A DNA stretch of 64,000 bases. It comes from the human T2T-CHM13v2.0 reference genome, Homo sapiens. The stretch lies in assembly GCF_009914755.1 (NCBI RefSeq), contig NC_060931.1; one strand, given 5' to 3'. Below are positions 50,973 through 64,000 of the stretch, in pieces. The translations under genes were made by a program, and so were the position numbers. Position 1 is the first letter of the stretch. The number at the start of each line of letters is the position of its first letter. Under the pieces are notes generated by a model. It made no database searches, was not told the origin of the DNA, and saw only the letters and a program-made list of their open reading frames with translations.

Positions 50973-51864
50973 CCTCACGGGGCGGGTCCCTCACACCCTG
51001 GTGTGTGGCTGCCTGTCCACCCCCTCTCCAAAGAAAAACCAGTCCTGGAACCAGGCATGGCCAGGAGTCGGCATTCAAGGTGGCCTGGACCCGAGGCCTG
51101 CTGGGGTCGGAGGGGGCTTCCTGCCAAGCCCTGGTGCAAACAGGCCAGGTGGGGCCCCACCTCCAAGGCAGGGCGGTCCGTCCTGGGTTGCTCTCAGAGG
51201 CTGGGGCCGCGACCCAAAGCTGCGGCGGCCCCGAGGGCAGCCCCTGTCTGTAGCCCTGGCATGGGCAGCTTCCAGTGTTCCAGCAGGACTGGGCAGCCAT
51301 GCGTGGGGCAGCTGCCCCGGGGCTGTGGTGAGTGAGGGGCACCGTGAAGGGTGCCAGCCCCTTCCCACTGCTGGCCTCGGGGCTGCAGAGATGGGGCTGG
51401 GCTCCCAGGCCAGCATCTCCCCTGCTGGCACCATGTGAGGGGCAGAGGCAGGAGCCAGCATCCTGGCTACCACCTGCCCAGGGTCACACGGCCCAGGAGC
51501 CCTAAGAAATCAGCTGTGGGGCCAGTCACTGTGGCCCCCTCTTCTAAGAGCCTCTGCATCCACTCACCTGTCCGTTCCACAAAGTCCCTGACACCCATTT
51601 GAGCTGTGCCAGGCTGGGTGCAGCGGGGCCTGAGAGACTCAGCTCTGTCCTCATCACCGCCGCCTTGCAGAGCAGCGGGAGACGCACAGTAAATGCACAG
51701 ATGGGTCACAAACAGGGCCCTGCACATGGCAAGGAAGTCGGCAAGGGCAGAGGATGCGCCAGGCAGACATTGCGTGTGGGGCAGCCAGGGAGGTGCTGTG
51801 GCCCCTTCATCCACTGGCTGGAGCCGGCCCCCCCATGTCTCTCTCTCTTTGGGACTGAACCAAA

Positions 51865-52115
51865 AGAGGTGATTAAGTGGCGGGAGGGTTCGGGTGGTCC
51901 TGGTCCAATCTGACAAGAGCCCTTATGAGGAGAGGAGACACAGGGACGGCCCCGTGAGGACACGGAGAGGATGACATCCACGAGCCACAGAGAGGCCTGG
52001 AGGAACCAGCCCTGCCGTGCAGTGACCTCGGACTCCAGCCTCTGGGACTGTCTGTGGTTGAAGCCACCCCATCTGTCCATGGTGCTGTCACGGCATCCTG
52101 AGCGGACTCATGCAG
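51865..52115 (+). mobile_element. MaLR (MLT1/MST-like) LTR fragment
   Basis: ccaatctgac..cccttatgaggagaggagacacag...aaccagccctgcc...gactccagcctc...gaagccaccc. Confidence 0.55.
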
Positions 52116-53135
52116 GCAGCCTCCAGGAGGGGCTTCAAGGGGCCCCATGAAGGACGGGAGGCAGTGATGCCAGGAGCAGGGCCGGAGGCGCAGGTGGAGA
52201 AATGCAGCGGCCGTGCCCACCCTGCCGCGTGGGGCTGGCCCAACAGTGCCAATGTCGAGACCCACAGCCATGATAGAATTAAGTTAGTGTTTAAACAGAC
52301 ATGCCCCGGAGTCTGGACTGATAGAGGGGAGTGCTCTGTGCAGAAGCAGCTGTCGCCATCATCCGGCCACCACCGCCAGGGTAGCAACCACAGGGGAGGA
52401 AAAGTGTGCAGATTCCAGGGCCTGGGAGAGACCAGCAGGACCTGCTGCAGGGCTGGAAGTGTGGAGAAGAGAAGGAGAAAGTGTGACCTCCAGGATCTGA
52501 CTTCAGCCACGGCATGGGGCACCCTTCACTGTGGGGTGTTGAAGGAAGACCCAGAGGGGCAGGGAGGAGGCGTGTGGTGTCCCTGCAGGCACCAGATGAC
52601 AGCGGGGCTGGGTATAAAACATGGTGCTGCCAGCAAGGAGCTGGAACGTGGAGCCACAGCGAAGGGAGGAGGGTGCGCACGAGGCCTATGACAGCTCATG
52701 CACGGCTGGAGTCTGGGTAAGTGGAGGGGCAGCAAGGGTGGGGCTGATGGTCCAGACAGAGCAGACGACCCTTGCTGTCCACTATGGAAGGACACACAAG
52801 AACCATCATGCGTGTGAGAGCCTTTGGCATGAGAGACACAAAGCCACAGGGAAACACATGGTGTGGAGACTGTGCTGAGAGCAGAGATGCAGAGATGCAG
52901 AGACAGCAGAGATGCAGAGACAGCAGAGAGTGGACGAACGAGGAGGGTGTGGGGTGGCTGGGGATGGTGTGAGGTCCAGGGAACAGGAGGGGCTCTTGTG
53001 CACCAGCGTGGGTGGAGAAATCAAACAGGATGAAGGCTCGACAGAAAGAACAGGACACGAGACTGAGGAAGCTCCGAGAGAGCAGCGAGGGAGACCAGTG
53101 GCTGGAAAATGAGAAAACAAAGCCACTGAGGCCCC

Positions 53136-53930
53136 AGCAGCAGCCCCAGTGCCAACCAGCAGGGGGCACAGGACAGAGAAGAGGAAGCGGCAGCAGCCCC
53201 AGCGCCGACCAGCAGGGGGCACAGGACAGAGAAGAGGAAGCGGCAGCAGCCCCAGCGCCGACCAGCAGGGGGCACAGGACAGAGAAGAGGAAGCGGCTGC
53301 AGCTCCAGTGCCAACCAGCAGGGGGCACAGGACAGAGAAGAGGAAGCGGCAGCAGCCCCAGCGCCGACCAGCAGGGGGCACAGGACAGAGAAGAGGAAGC
53401 GGCAGCAGCCCCAGCGCCGACCAGCAGGGGGCACAGGACAGAGAAGAGGAAGCGGCAGCAGCCCCAGCGCCGACCAGCAGCGGGCACAGGACAGAGAAGA
53501 GGAAGCGGCAGCAGCCCCAGCGCCGACCAGCAGGGGGCACAGGACAGAGAAGAGGAAGCGGCAGCAGCCCCAGCGCCGACCAGCAGGGGGCACAGGACAG
53601 AGAAGAGGAAGCGGCAGCAGCCCCAGCGCCGACCAGCAGGGGGCACAGGACAGAGAAGAGGAAGCGGCTGCAGCTCCAGTGCCAACCAGCAGGGGGCACA
53701 GGACAGAGAAGAGGAAGCGGCAGCAGCCCCAGCGCCGACCAGCAGGGGGCACAGGACAGAGAAGAGGAAGCGGCTGCAGCTCCAGTGCCAACCAGCAGGG
53801 GGCACAGGACAGAGAAGAGGAAGCGGCAGCAGCCCCAGCGCCGACCAGCAGGGGGCACAGGACAGAGAAGAGGAAGCGGCAGCAGCCCCAGCGCCGACCA
53901 GCAGCGGGCACAGGACAGAGAAGAGGAAGT
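53136..53930 (+). repeat. 53-bp minisatellite, 15 copies, each with a CTCF-like core
   Basis: ccagcag(g/c)gggcac at 53156 and every 53 bp to 53898. Confidence 0.97.
53156..53911 (+). promoter_or_regulatory. Predicted tandem array of co-oriented CTCF sites
   Basis: CCAGCAGGGGGCAC matches the CTCF core CCASYAGRKGGCRC in 13 of 15 units. Binding itself is not shown by sequence. Confidence 0.6.
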
Positions 53931-53996
53931 GAGGAAATGGAAGAAGAGGGTTGACCTGAGCTGAAGGACATGAACTTCCACGTGAAATAGCCCCAG

Positions 53997-54330
53997 GGCC
54001 GGGCACAGTGGCGCACGCCTGTAATCCCAGCACTTTGGGAGTCTGAGGCAGGAGGATTCCTTGAGCCCAGGAGTTCGAGACCAGCCTGGGCAACACAGTG
54101 AGACCCACCCCCTCCATCTCTACAAAAAATACAAAAATTAGCCAGACACAGTGGCTCACACCTGTAGTCCCAGCTGCCCCAGAGTCTAAAGCAGGAGGCT
54201 CACTGGAGCACAGGAGTTCGAGGCTGCCGTGAGCTACGATTGCACCACTGCACTCCAGCCTGGGCGACAGGATGAGACTGTGTCTCAAAAGAAGAAAAAA
54301 GGAAAAACTAATAGTTAAAAGTAAATAAAT
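53997..54330 (+). mobile_element. Alu (J-type)
   Basis: GGCCGGGC head, two arms, degenerate A-rich tail, aaatag(c/t)ccc flanks. Confidence 0.92.
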
Positions 54331-55895
54331 AGTCCCGGTTTCCAGCAGAATAAAAGGAAGGTCAGCAGAAAGGCCAGGACGGCCTGAAGGAACTTCAGGG
54401 CTGGGACTGTGGGGTGGAGCCGTCCCTTCCGGATGCCGAGCGAACGGACCTCCCCGCAAAAGCACAGGGGTGAGGGGATGAAGTCATGTTCCACACACAG
54501 GATTTAGACACGGCTCATGGCCCATGCACCCGAAACCAGGATGTGCATCGAGGAGAAGGAGGAATGGGGCACAGTGGGGCGGCAGAGGCCCCGGGGTGCT
54601 GACGAGAGGAGCCCCGAGGGGGACATGGAGACAGGAGCAAGAGGACCCTGCAGAGAGGGGCGGGTGCCCGCCCAGAAGAACAAGCCAGGGGAAGAGGTGG
54701 AGATCCTGGCACGGCCAGGACGCCGTGGCTCAGCCTTGAGTGCGGCCACAGACACATCGTAACAGGAGCACCCAACGTCATTTTTCCATCAAGAAGAAGG
54801 CGGCGATATCACCGTATTGGGGAAGGGAGTGTTTGAGTGGGGAGATGTTGAGCTGTGACGTAAGCCTGTTATTTGGAAACACGGAGGTAAATACAAAAAC
54901 CAAACACGCCCAGCAAAACAAGGAAGGTGATTTTCTCTGGGTCTTTGCCAGGGGCAGGAGGGGTAGGAGGGGCAGGAGGGGCAGGGCCTGCTGGGTTTCA
55001 TGATTGCAGTGCTATTTCAGACTTTTTAAGCACTATTCACTGGTTTGATACAAAGTCAGAATGCAGTTTGACACCCACTAGCCGGGCCAGAGCTGACAGC
55101 CTCCTGGGGAGGGGTCAGCCCAGCCCCACGGCAGCCCTGGTGCACACCCACAGTGAGACCTGAGTTCATCTTTTACCTGCTTTGCTCCTCACAGTTACTC
55201 GGGGGTAGGAATTGTGGCCCCGTGTGCCCACGTCATAGTTGTGTAAACCGGGGCTTAGACAGTGGGTCGACTTTCTGGAGCTCAATACGGATAGTGCCTG
55301 CATGTGGACCCCGCCCAGACAGCCGCCCTCTTCCCACCTACCCGTTAACACCCATGCTGCATGCAAAGCCACCCACCCGCAGAAACAGGTGGTGCAGAGA
55401 GGGGGCGGGGGGATGAGACCAAGGGCTGAGGAACAAAATGAAGAAAAAGGGCTTTCAATTAAGTTCTTTCCCTTGGTGCAGGCTGCTTCCCACGGAGCAC
55501 TAAGCTGCCACTTTGTCCGCAAGTAGGACAGTGTCTTGCCAGAGAGGCCGACGAGAAGCGTGGGGGTTGAAATTCAAACATGATTTTTTACAAACCAGGG
55601 GAAAACCTGGGATTTCACTTCACAGAATTGAGAGTCAGGAAGGGAGTGGCTCACAAGGGGGGCTTCTGCCTGGCGCTGGGACCCCCGCCCCTGAGCCATC
55701 GGGGCCGCGCACCTGGCAGAGACCACAGAGCTGAAGGTGGGCACCACTTTTCTCTGAATTAAAGTAAATGAATGAAGAAATAAATAAATATATGAATGGG
55801 GATTCGTGTGTGGCCTGGCCCTCTAGGGCCATGGGACAAGATCTGAAGAACAGGCTGCTGGGGAATGCGGGTGGTGGGCACAGCCCAGCCAGGAT

Positions 55896-56058
55896 GCAGA
55901 AGCCTGCTCTGAACACAGAGGACACAGCCCACCCCAGCCCACAGCCCACAGCCCAGCCCAGCTGCAGAAGCCTGCTCTGAACACAGAGGACACGGCCCAC
56001 CCCAGCCCACAGCCCACAGCCGAGTCCGGTTGCAGAAGCCTGCTCTCAACACAGGACA
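55896..56058. repeat. 68-bp repeat, about 2.4 copies
   Basis: gcagaagcctgctct at 55896, 55964 and 56032. Confidence 0.85.
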
Positions 56059-57529
56059 CTGCCTGGCCCGAGACCACGTCACAGAAGGGCAGGGTTCCTG
56101 GCCCTCCCAGGGAGCTCCCTGGAGGCACCTGCGCCGTCCTCACCTGGGAGTGAGCTCCATATGCAGATTCCCGGGCCAGGTCCCCAAGCCCAAGTACAGA
56201 GGTTGGGGGCAGAGGCCTTCAGCTACCGAGGGTCCTGGATGCAGGGGCTCCCAGGCTGTCCTTTTGGGACTCACGGCTCAGCCCTTCCCCACCTCCTGGG
56301 GGGACCTCCCCGGAGTACCCTGACTGCACAGACACCCTCGGCACACCTGGCCTGCAGCCAGTCCGTTCCACAGAACCCCCAAGCCACTGTCCCCCAGGAG
56401 GGCCTTCACCAGGGCAGACGACAAGAGAAGGTTCCAGAAGCCTCTGCCTGCCCAGGTGGGCCTGAGAGGGGCGAGGAAGATGGATGGGCCCAGACCAAGC
56501 GATTGTCTGAGGAGCAGAGTTCCAGCTCCCAGTGTGTGGGGGATGCGGACATCTTCCTGTGCACAGAGGGCTCTGCTGACCCTTTCAGTGACAGGGGAAG
56601 GGCGCCTGCATTTGGAAGAAGGGGCTTGTAGCCGGCCGCCTGCTGGGAGGGCGTCCTCCAGAAGGGGAGGCATTTGCTCCTGCCCTCGCAGCTTGTCCTG
56701 AAGTAAAATTCCTCTCCTGGGAAAAGTGGGAGAGGAATTAGGAGAGCCCCAGGGCTGCTGCTGTGTGGGGTCTGGGCGTGGCGGTGCCCGCTGGGCCCGT
56801 ACCAGCCATACCCTAGCCTAGGTTGCCCAGGTCGGCCACCCAGCTAGGCTACTGTGGGGGGCTCCGGCCAGCCGGCCCCTTCCCAGAGCGCCTGCCCCGC
56901 CCATCTCCGTGGGTCCCAGGGCTCGGCCATCCTGTGAGCTGGAGGGACCCGCAGGTCCGCAGGTGAGCGCAGGTTCCCGGGACACCTGCTCATGTCTGGT
57001 CCGCGTGCGTCACCTAGAGGACAGCCGGGGAAGAGCAAGAACCAGCGTCCGCGTGAGCGGCGGCCCCAGCCGAGAAGCAGGTGCCTTGTCCTCAGCGCCC
57101 AGGGTCAGCATGGCCCCACCGCCTCCCTCAGCCCGGCCCAGAGCCCAGGCCACATGGAGCTTGTGCATCTCCTGCTCCTGCCTCCCCAGGACCAGCTCAG
57201 TCCTGGCAACTCCATAACTCCTGCCAGGTAACCGGGTTCTTCTCCTGTACGTCCATTCTGAAAGAACACTGTGCAAATTCAGTACCCTGCACACCAACAC
57301 ACCTACGACACCTCCCTTAAACGTGGAACCGGAAGCCTGGAATTGCCCTGGAGGGCAGCGGGAGCTGTTGCTGCCCCCCCACCGGCCTTCCAGAGCCTCC
57401 GAAGCCCCCTGCATGCATGGCGCCTTGGGGCCTTTGCATGGCTGCCCCCTGGAGCTCTGCGCCTGCCCAACCCCTTCACTTTGTTAATTCCTGTCCTGAC
57501 GCGGCTCAGACGTTTCATCTGGGAGGATG

Positions 57530-57692
57530 GTTTCAGGTGCACACCACCCCACCCAGCCAATTTTTCAATTTTTTATAGAGATGGAGTCTTTCTGTGCTGC
57601 TCAAATTGGTCTCAAACTCCTGGCTTCAAGTGATCCTCCTGCCTCAGCCTCCCCAAAATGCTGGGATTCCAGGCATGAGCCACCGTGTCCAA
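57530..57692 (-). mobile_element. Alu left monomer/FLAM, antisense
   Basis: ggtctcaaactcctggcttcaagtgatcctcctgcctcagcctccccaaaatgctgggatt. Confidence 0.85.
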
Positions 57693-58603
57693 CCCCGTTT
57701 TATAAATAAGATCATGTTCTGAGGTTCTGGGAGGACATGAATGTTGGGGGCACACATTTAACTCACTACTGTCTTCCAATCCAGATGAATTTTCTCTCCC
57801 TTTCATAGCTCAGTCCGTTTTGTTTTTAAGCGTGCTGTGAGTCTTAACGAGGATAGCAAGTGCCACTCCCCATTCGGAGTAGACCATCATCTCATTTAGA
57901 AGAGACGGCGTGCATTAGATACAAAAACTCAAAGGTGTTTAGATATGAATGTGGCAGAGACACAAATTAACTGCGAATCGCAGCTGTCATCCAGGGCAGA
58001 TTTCCTAAAGAGGTGCTATCTGTCTAAACAGCAAGAAACATTTATTGTAACTCATGGCTATGGTGCCTTCCAGATTTTCGGGAAGTAAAAGGCCATGATT
58101 GGTGTCCCCCAAGGCACAGAAATCCTTATTTCGGAGGAAAAGCTACACACCAGCCAGGGTGGCTGAGAACCCTGCCCTGAAGAACAAATCCAACTTTCCC
58201 TCAGCCACACCTCAAAGAATATGAACATAAACAGAGCCTCACTCCCTACATCCCAGGCCGAAGGCCACAGCTCAAACCTGCACAGTCCTGAGGCCCTGCA
58301 TGTTCTGCCTGACCCTGTGTTTATGTATTGGCCACGTGCAGAAATCCTGCAATCAATGAGAGATACATTTGAGTGTCTATAAACTCAACACATGTTTACT
58401 GAGCACCTACTATGTTACAAATGCCCTTGATGCTGGGGATGGGATGGGGAGCAAGACAGGCTCTGTCCTAGGAGGATGCCGTCCTGGGACACGCCAGCAG
58501 GTCAGGGCAAGTGCACGAAAGCCGTAGGCTTCAGACTTTATTGGCGACAACCGGGACCACTGGAGGACATTCGGCAAGTCTCTGGAGTGCACAAAACGGA
58601 GGT

Positions 58604-58803
58604 TCTCTTCCTGTCTCCGTTACACTCTCCTCCTGTCTCCTTTATGCTCTCCTCCTGTCTCCTTTACGCTCTCCTCCTGTCTCCTTTACGCCCTCCTCCT
58701 GTCTCCTTTACGCTCTCCTCCTGTCTCCATTACGCCCTCCTCCTGTCTCCTTTACGCTCTCCTCCTGTCTCCTTTACGCTCTCCTCCTGTCTCCTTTACG
58801 CCT
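58604..58803. repeat. 22-bp pyrimidine-rich minisatellite, about 9 copies
   Basis: ctctcctcctgtctcctttacg reiterated. Confidence 0.92.
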
Positions 58804-59103
58804 TCCTGGCTGCTGGAGGACGGCTCAGCGGGCCCTGAATCCCCACAGTCAGAGCAGGTCACTGACCTCCGTGCCGCAGCCTCAATTCATGAGACTGCTG
58901 AGTCCAAGACATGACTCAAAGCTCTGCCCTTGACCCTGGACTCAGTCGCTCCCTCCTGAGGCTTAGGCTGCAGGGGATTTCTCCATTCTCCGCCCTCCTT
59001 CCATGGCCCGGCTTGCTTCGCTGGTGGGAAAGGCAGGGAGGGGGCCAGGGGTGCTGAGTAGAACCTTGAAGCTGCCTCCACAATCAGGTCAGCAGTGCAT
59101 GAA

Positions 59104-60146
<1,043 letters not shown>

Positions 60147-60745
60147 TCGCCCATCTTTCTTAGCTGTAAGTCGGGGCCTCTGGGCCTGATCCCCACAGGG
60201 ACCAGAAGTGAGAACGAGGACACCCACAGTGGTACCCGGGCCATCTCTCAGACCTCCTGCCAGCTCCAGCTTCAGCTGGCCAAGGGGCCCAGAGTCATGG
60301 TCTGGTCATCCAAACACCCTTTGTGAGTTCCGCATGGGTTGGGGCTGGGGTGTCTGCCTCCCAGGCACTAGGGAAGTTCCCACTGTGTAATCTGGGACCT
60401 GTCAGAAGTTTCTGTAAGGAGGCAAGCCCACCTCTGCCTTCCCTAAGTTTCTGGCAGAGTGAACGAGGACATCTTCCCCCACCTCCAGCCTCCCCAACCC
60501 CAGCGGCCTCTCCTGCCCTCTGGCCCGGAGGCAGAACCTCCCACGGCCACCCAGGCTGGCCAGCTGCCACCGTCATTCCCAGAGACCTGTGCCACAATTC
60601 CTCAAGGTCAGCTCAGCCTGGGTGAAACTCGTTCATTCTTTAATTCCTCTCAGTGAAAGTTTGAAAGTCTGCAAATGGAGTTTCCTGCTTAAAGAACAAA
60701 CAACAACAACAAAACACACACACACAAAGTTGGGGGCATGTTTTA

Positions 60746-61088
<343 letters not shown>

Positions 61089-61629
61089 CAGAAGGATATT
61101 TCAAAGGATATTTTGGAAATAACTGGACAGATTTGCCTATGGGCTCTATGTCAGTGATAAGATTGTGTTGACATCCCATTTCCTGGGCCTGGCGCTGTGT
61201 CCATGGAGGAGAGCGTGCTTGTCCTTGGGAGAGGCAGGCTGAGGCCTTCAGGATGAAGTGTAATGGCATCTGCAGCTCACTTTGAAATGTTTCAGCAAAA
61301 AAAATGCTCACCAGGAGTTCAAGAAGATGTCTAAATTTGGCTCGGGGATGGAATTTCACCCACAGAGTATAATTAGAAAAAATACATTTTATGCAAACTC
61401 CGCTCTTCTGTGAAGTAAGTGAGTCAAGATGTTCATGACTGGCGGATTTAGGAGCTGAAGCATTTGTGGGTGTTCACTGCACTGTTCTTTACACTTTTTG
61501 GTGGGTATAAGAGAGTGTGCACCGCCTTCATGAATTGTCTGGAGGAAAAGATGGGTACGCACAACTCAGGGCCCTGTTTAGGGACGGGGTCAGCTCCTGC
61601 CCGCCCATTCCCCTCTCCTCCCAGGCAGA

Positions 61630-61952
61630 GGCTGAGGATGTGGAGGAGGAGCAGCATCTGAGGCCCCTGCAGGGGGGAGCGAGGAGGGAGCACGGCTGAG
61701 GATGTGGAGGAGGGACAGCATCTGAGTCCCCTGCAGGGAGGAGTGGGGAGGGAGCACGGCTGATGATGTGGAGGAGGGACAGCATCTGAGGCCCCTGCAG
61801 GGAGGAGCGGGGAGGGAGCACGGCTGAGGATGTGGAGGAGGAGGAGTGGCGTCTCAGACCCCTGCAGGGAGGAGCAGGGAGGGAGCACAGCTGAGGATGT
61901 GGAGGAGGAGCGGCACCTGAGGCCCCTGCAGGGAGGAGCGGGGAGGGAGCAC
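61630..61952. repeat. Approximately 64-bp purine-rich minisatellite, about 5 copies
   Basis: ggctgaggatgtggaggag...cccctgcagggaggagcggggagggagcac. Confidence 0.9.
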
Positions 61953-62172
61953 TCCAGAAACACTTCCCAAGTCCACGTGCCTGCATCCCAGATTTCCTCT
62001 CCCTGGGATGGCTGCTGGACATCCCAAATTCCGCCGAAGCTGATCCCGCACTCTCCCCCACAGAAGGTTCTCCCCACGCAGCCTTCCCTCATCATCAGTA
62101 ACAACTCCCCTGACTCTTCTCCTCCCCCAGCACCCCTCACGTGCTGAGCTCCACTTCTGGAGATGGAAGAAC

Positions 62173-62372
62173 AGCCCCTCCCTCCACGCCCCCACTGTGC
62201 ACGTTCCCAGACACCGAAGTCACCTCCTGGTTCTGAGTCCCAGTGGCCTGCACAGTGACCCTCACAAGAGCCCCTCCCTCCACGCCCCCACCGTGCACGT
62301 TCCCAGACACAGAAGTCGCCTCCTGGTTCTGAATCCCAGCGGCCTGCACAGTGACCCTCACAAGAGCCCCTC
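62173..62372. repeat. 96-bp tandem duplication
   Basis: agcccctcc at 62173, 62269 and 62365. Confidence 0.88.
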
Positions 62373-63109
62373 CTCAGCTCGCAGTCCAAGGGACCCGTAA
62401 ATGTGTGAGCAGATCACACCCCCTCTCCTTCACGCACCATCCCCATCCCACACGAGGGCAAGGCAGAGTCCTCACAAAGGCCTTCGGGGTCCTCTGCAGG
62501 TGGCCTCGGTCCACGTGCTAAGATCATCCTGCTTCTCTTCCTCTCACGGGTTCTCCTTCAGCCCCAGGCCTGGCTGCTTCTCGGTCAGTGGGCATTCACC
62601 CGCACAGCCCTCTGCCCTGTGCCTCCCTCAGCCTCGCATGGCTGGTGCGTCCCCTCTTTTGGGTCTGTGCATAGATGTCATCTCATGGGGGAGCCTACTG
62701 TGACCAGCCCATGACCACCCACACACCCATGCATGCACACACACACCCAGACACACAGGGAGACTGCTGTGGCCAGCCCATGACCACCCACACACTCGTG
62801 TGCACACACACACCCAGGCACACACACCCTGGACCCATGACCCTGCTATGTTTCTTTCCCCGTAGTACTTTTCTCACCTAGATTATCATTTTAGTCACCT
62901 TTTGGTCAATAATTTGTCTCCTCCGATAGAACCTAAGCCCATGAAGATGGAAGACAGGGCAGGTTTTTTACTACGATTATTGTTCACTGGCATAGCCCAA
63001 CCACGTCGACCACATTGTAAGCTCTTGATAAAAAATAAGAATGACTCCACATGACAGAAAGAGCCACCATGTGGCCATAAGGGACCAAACCACAGACCCA
63101 CTCAGGCCG

Positions 63110-63932
<823 letters not shown>

Positions 63933-63933
63933 A

Positions 63934-64000
63934 TGTTAAACCCAATTAAATATGGCCTGAGAAGGACTCCATACTTCTATATTTGAGTACTTGTGGATGA
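63934..64000. mobile_element. Start of a probable ERV1-class LTR (runs off the window)
   Basis: TG start followed by aaatatggcctgagaaggactcc..acttctatatttgagt..ttgtggatga, resembling a recalled LTR 5' end. Subfamily not assigned. Confidence 0.5.

Noticed and set aside
52696-54465. 589-aa minus-strand ORF
   Set aside because: It is made of antisense Alu sequence plus the 53-bp VNTR.
60581-60595. Isolated copy of the 18-bp VNTR core (agagacctgtgccac)
   Set aside because: A single 15-mer with no flanking similarity; it cannot be distinguished from chance.

Overview
Human (primate) genomic DNA, GC-rich and subtelomeric in character, carrying the 3' part of FAM20C (Golgi casein kinase, 7p22.3) on the + strand. 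Coding exons 3-10 were located by reading GT-AG boundaries and translating: 618-696, 35857-35949, 37757-37872, 45292-45472, 46097-46206, 46448-46529, 48735-48794 and 49952-50201. Their phases join into one frame ending ...HRAASAR*, followed by a 3' UTR with AATAAA at 50946. Exons 1-2 lie upstream of the window. The rest is intronic or intergenic, with Alu, L1, MLT1 and MER fossils and an unusually dense set of minisatellites; almost all long ORFs in the six-frame track are artefacts of these repeats. Four repeats stand out because each has amplified a functional-looking signal. (1) A 36/37-bp array copies the end of exon 5 together with its splice donor 13 times. (2) A 53-bp array about 2.2 kb past the poly(A) signal carries 15 co-oriented CTCF-like motifs. 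(3) A 33-bp array is built from an Alu target-site duplication plus the Alu A-box. (4) A 36-bp array carries five forkhead motifs. Intron 3 also holds a 2.7-kb GAT-based higher-order repeat open in four frames. All functional interpretations are untested inferences from sequence alone.
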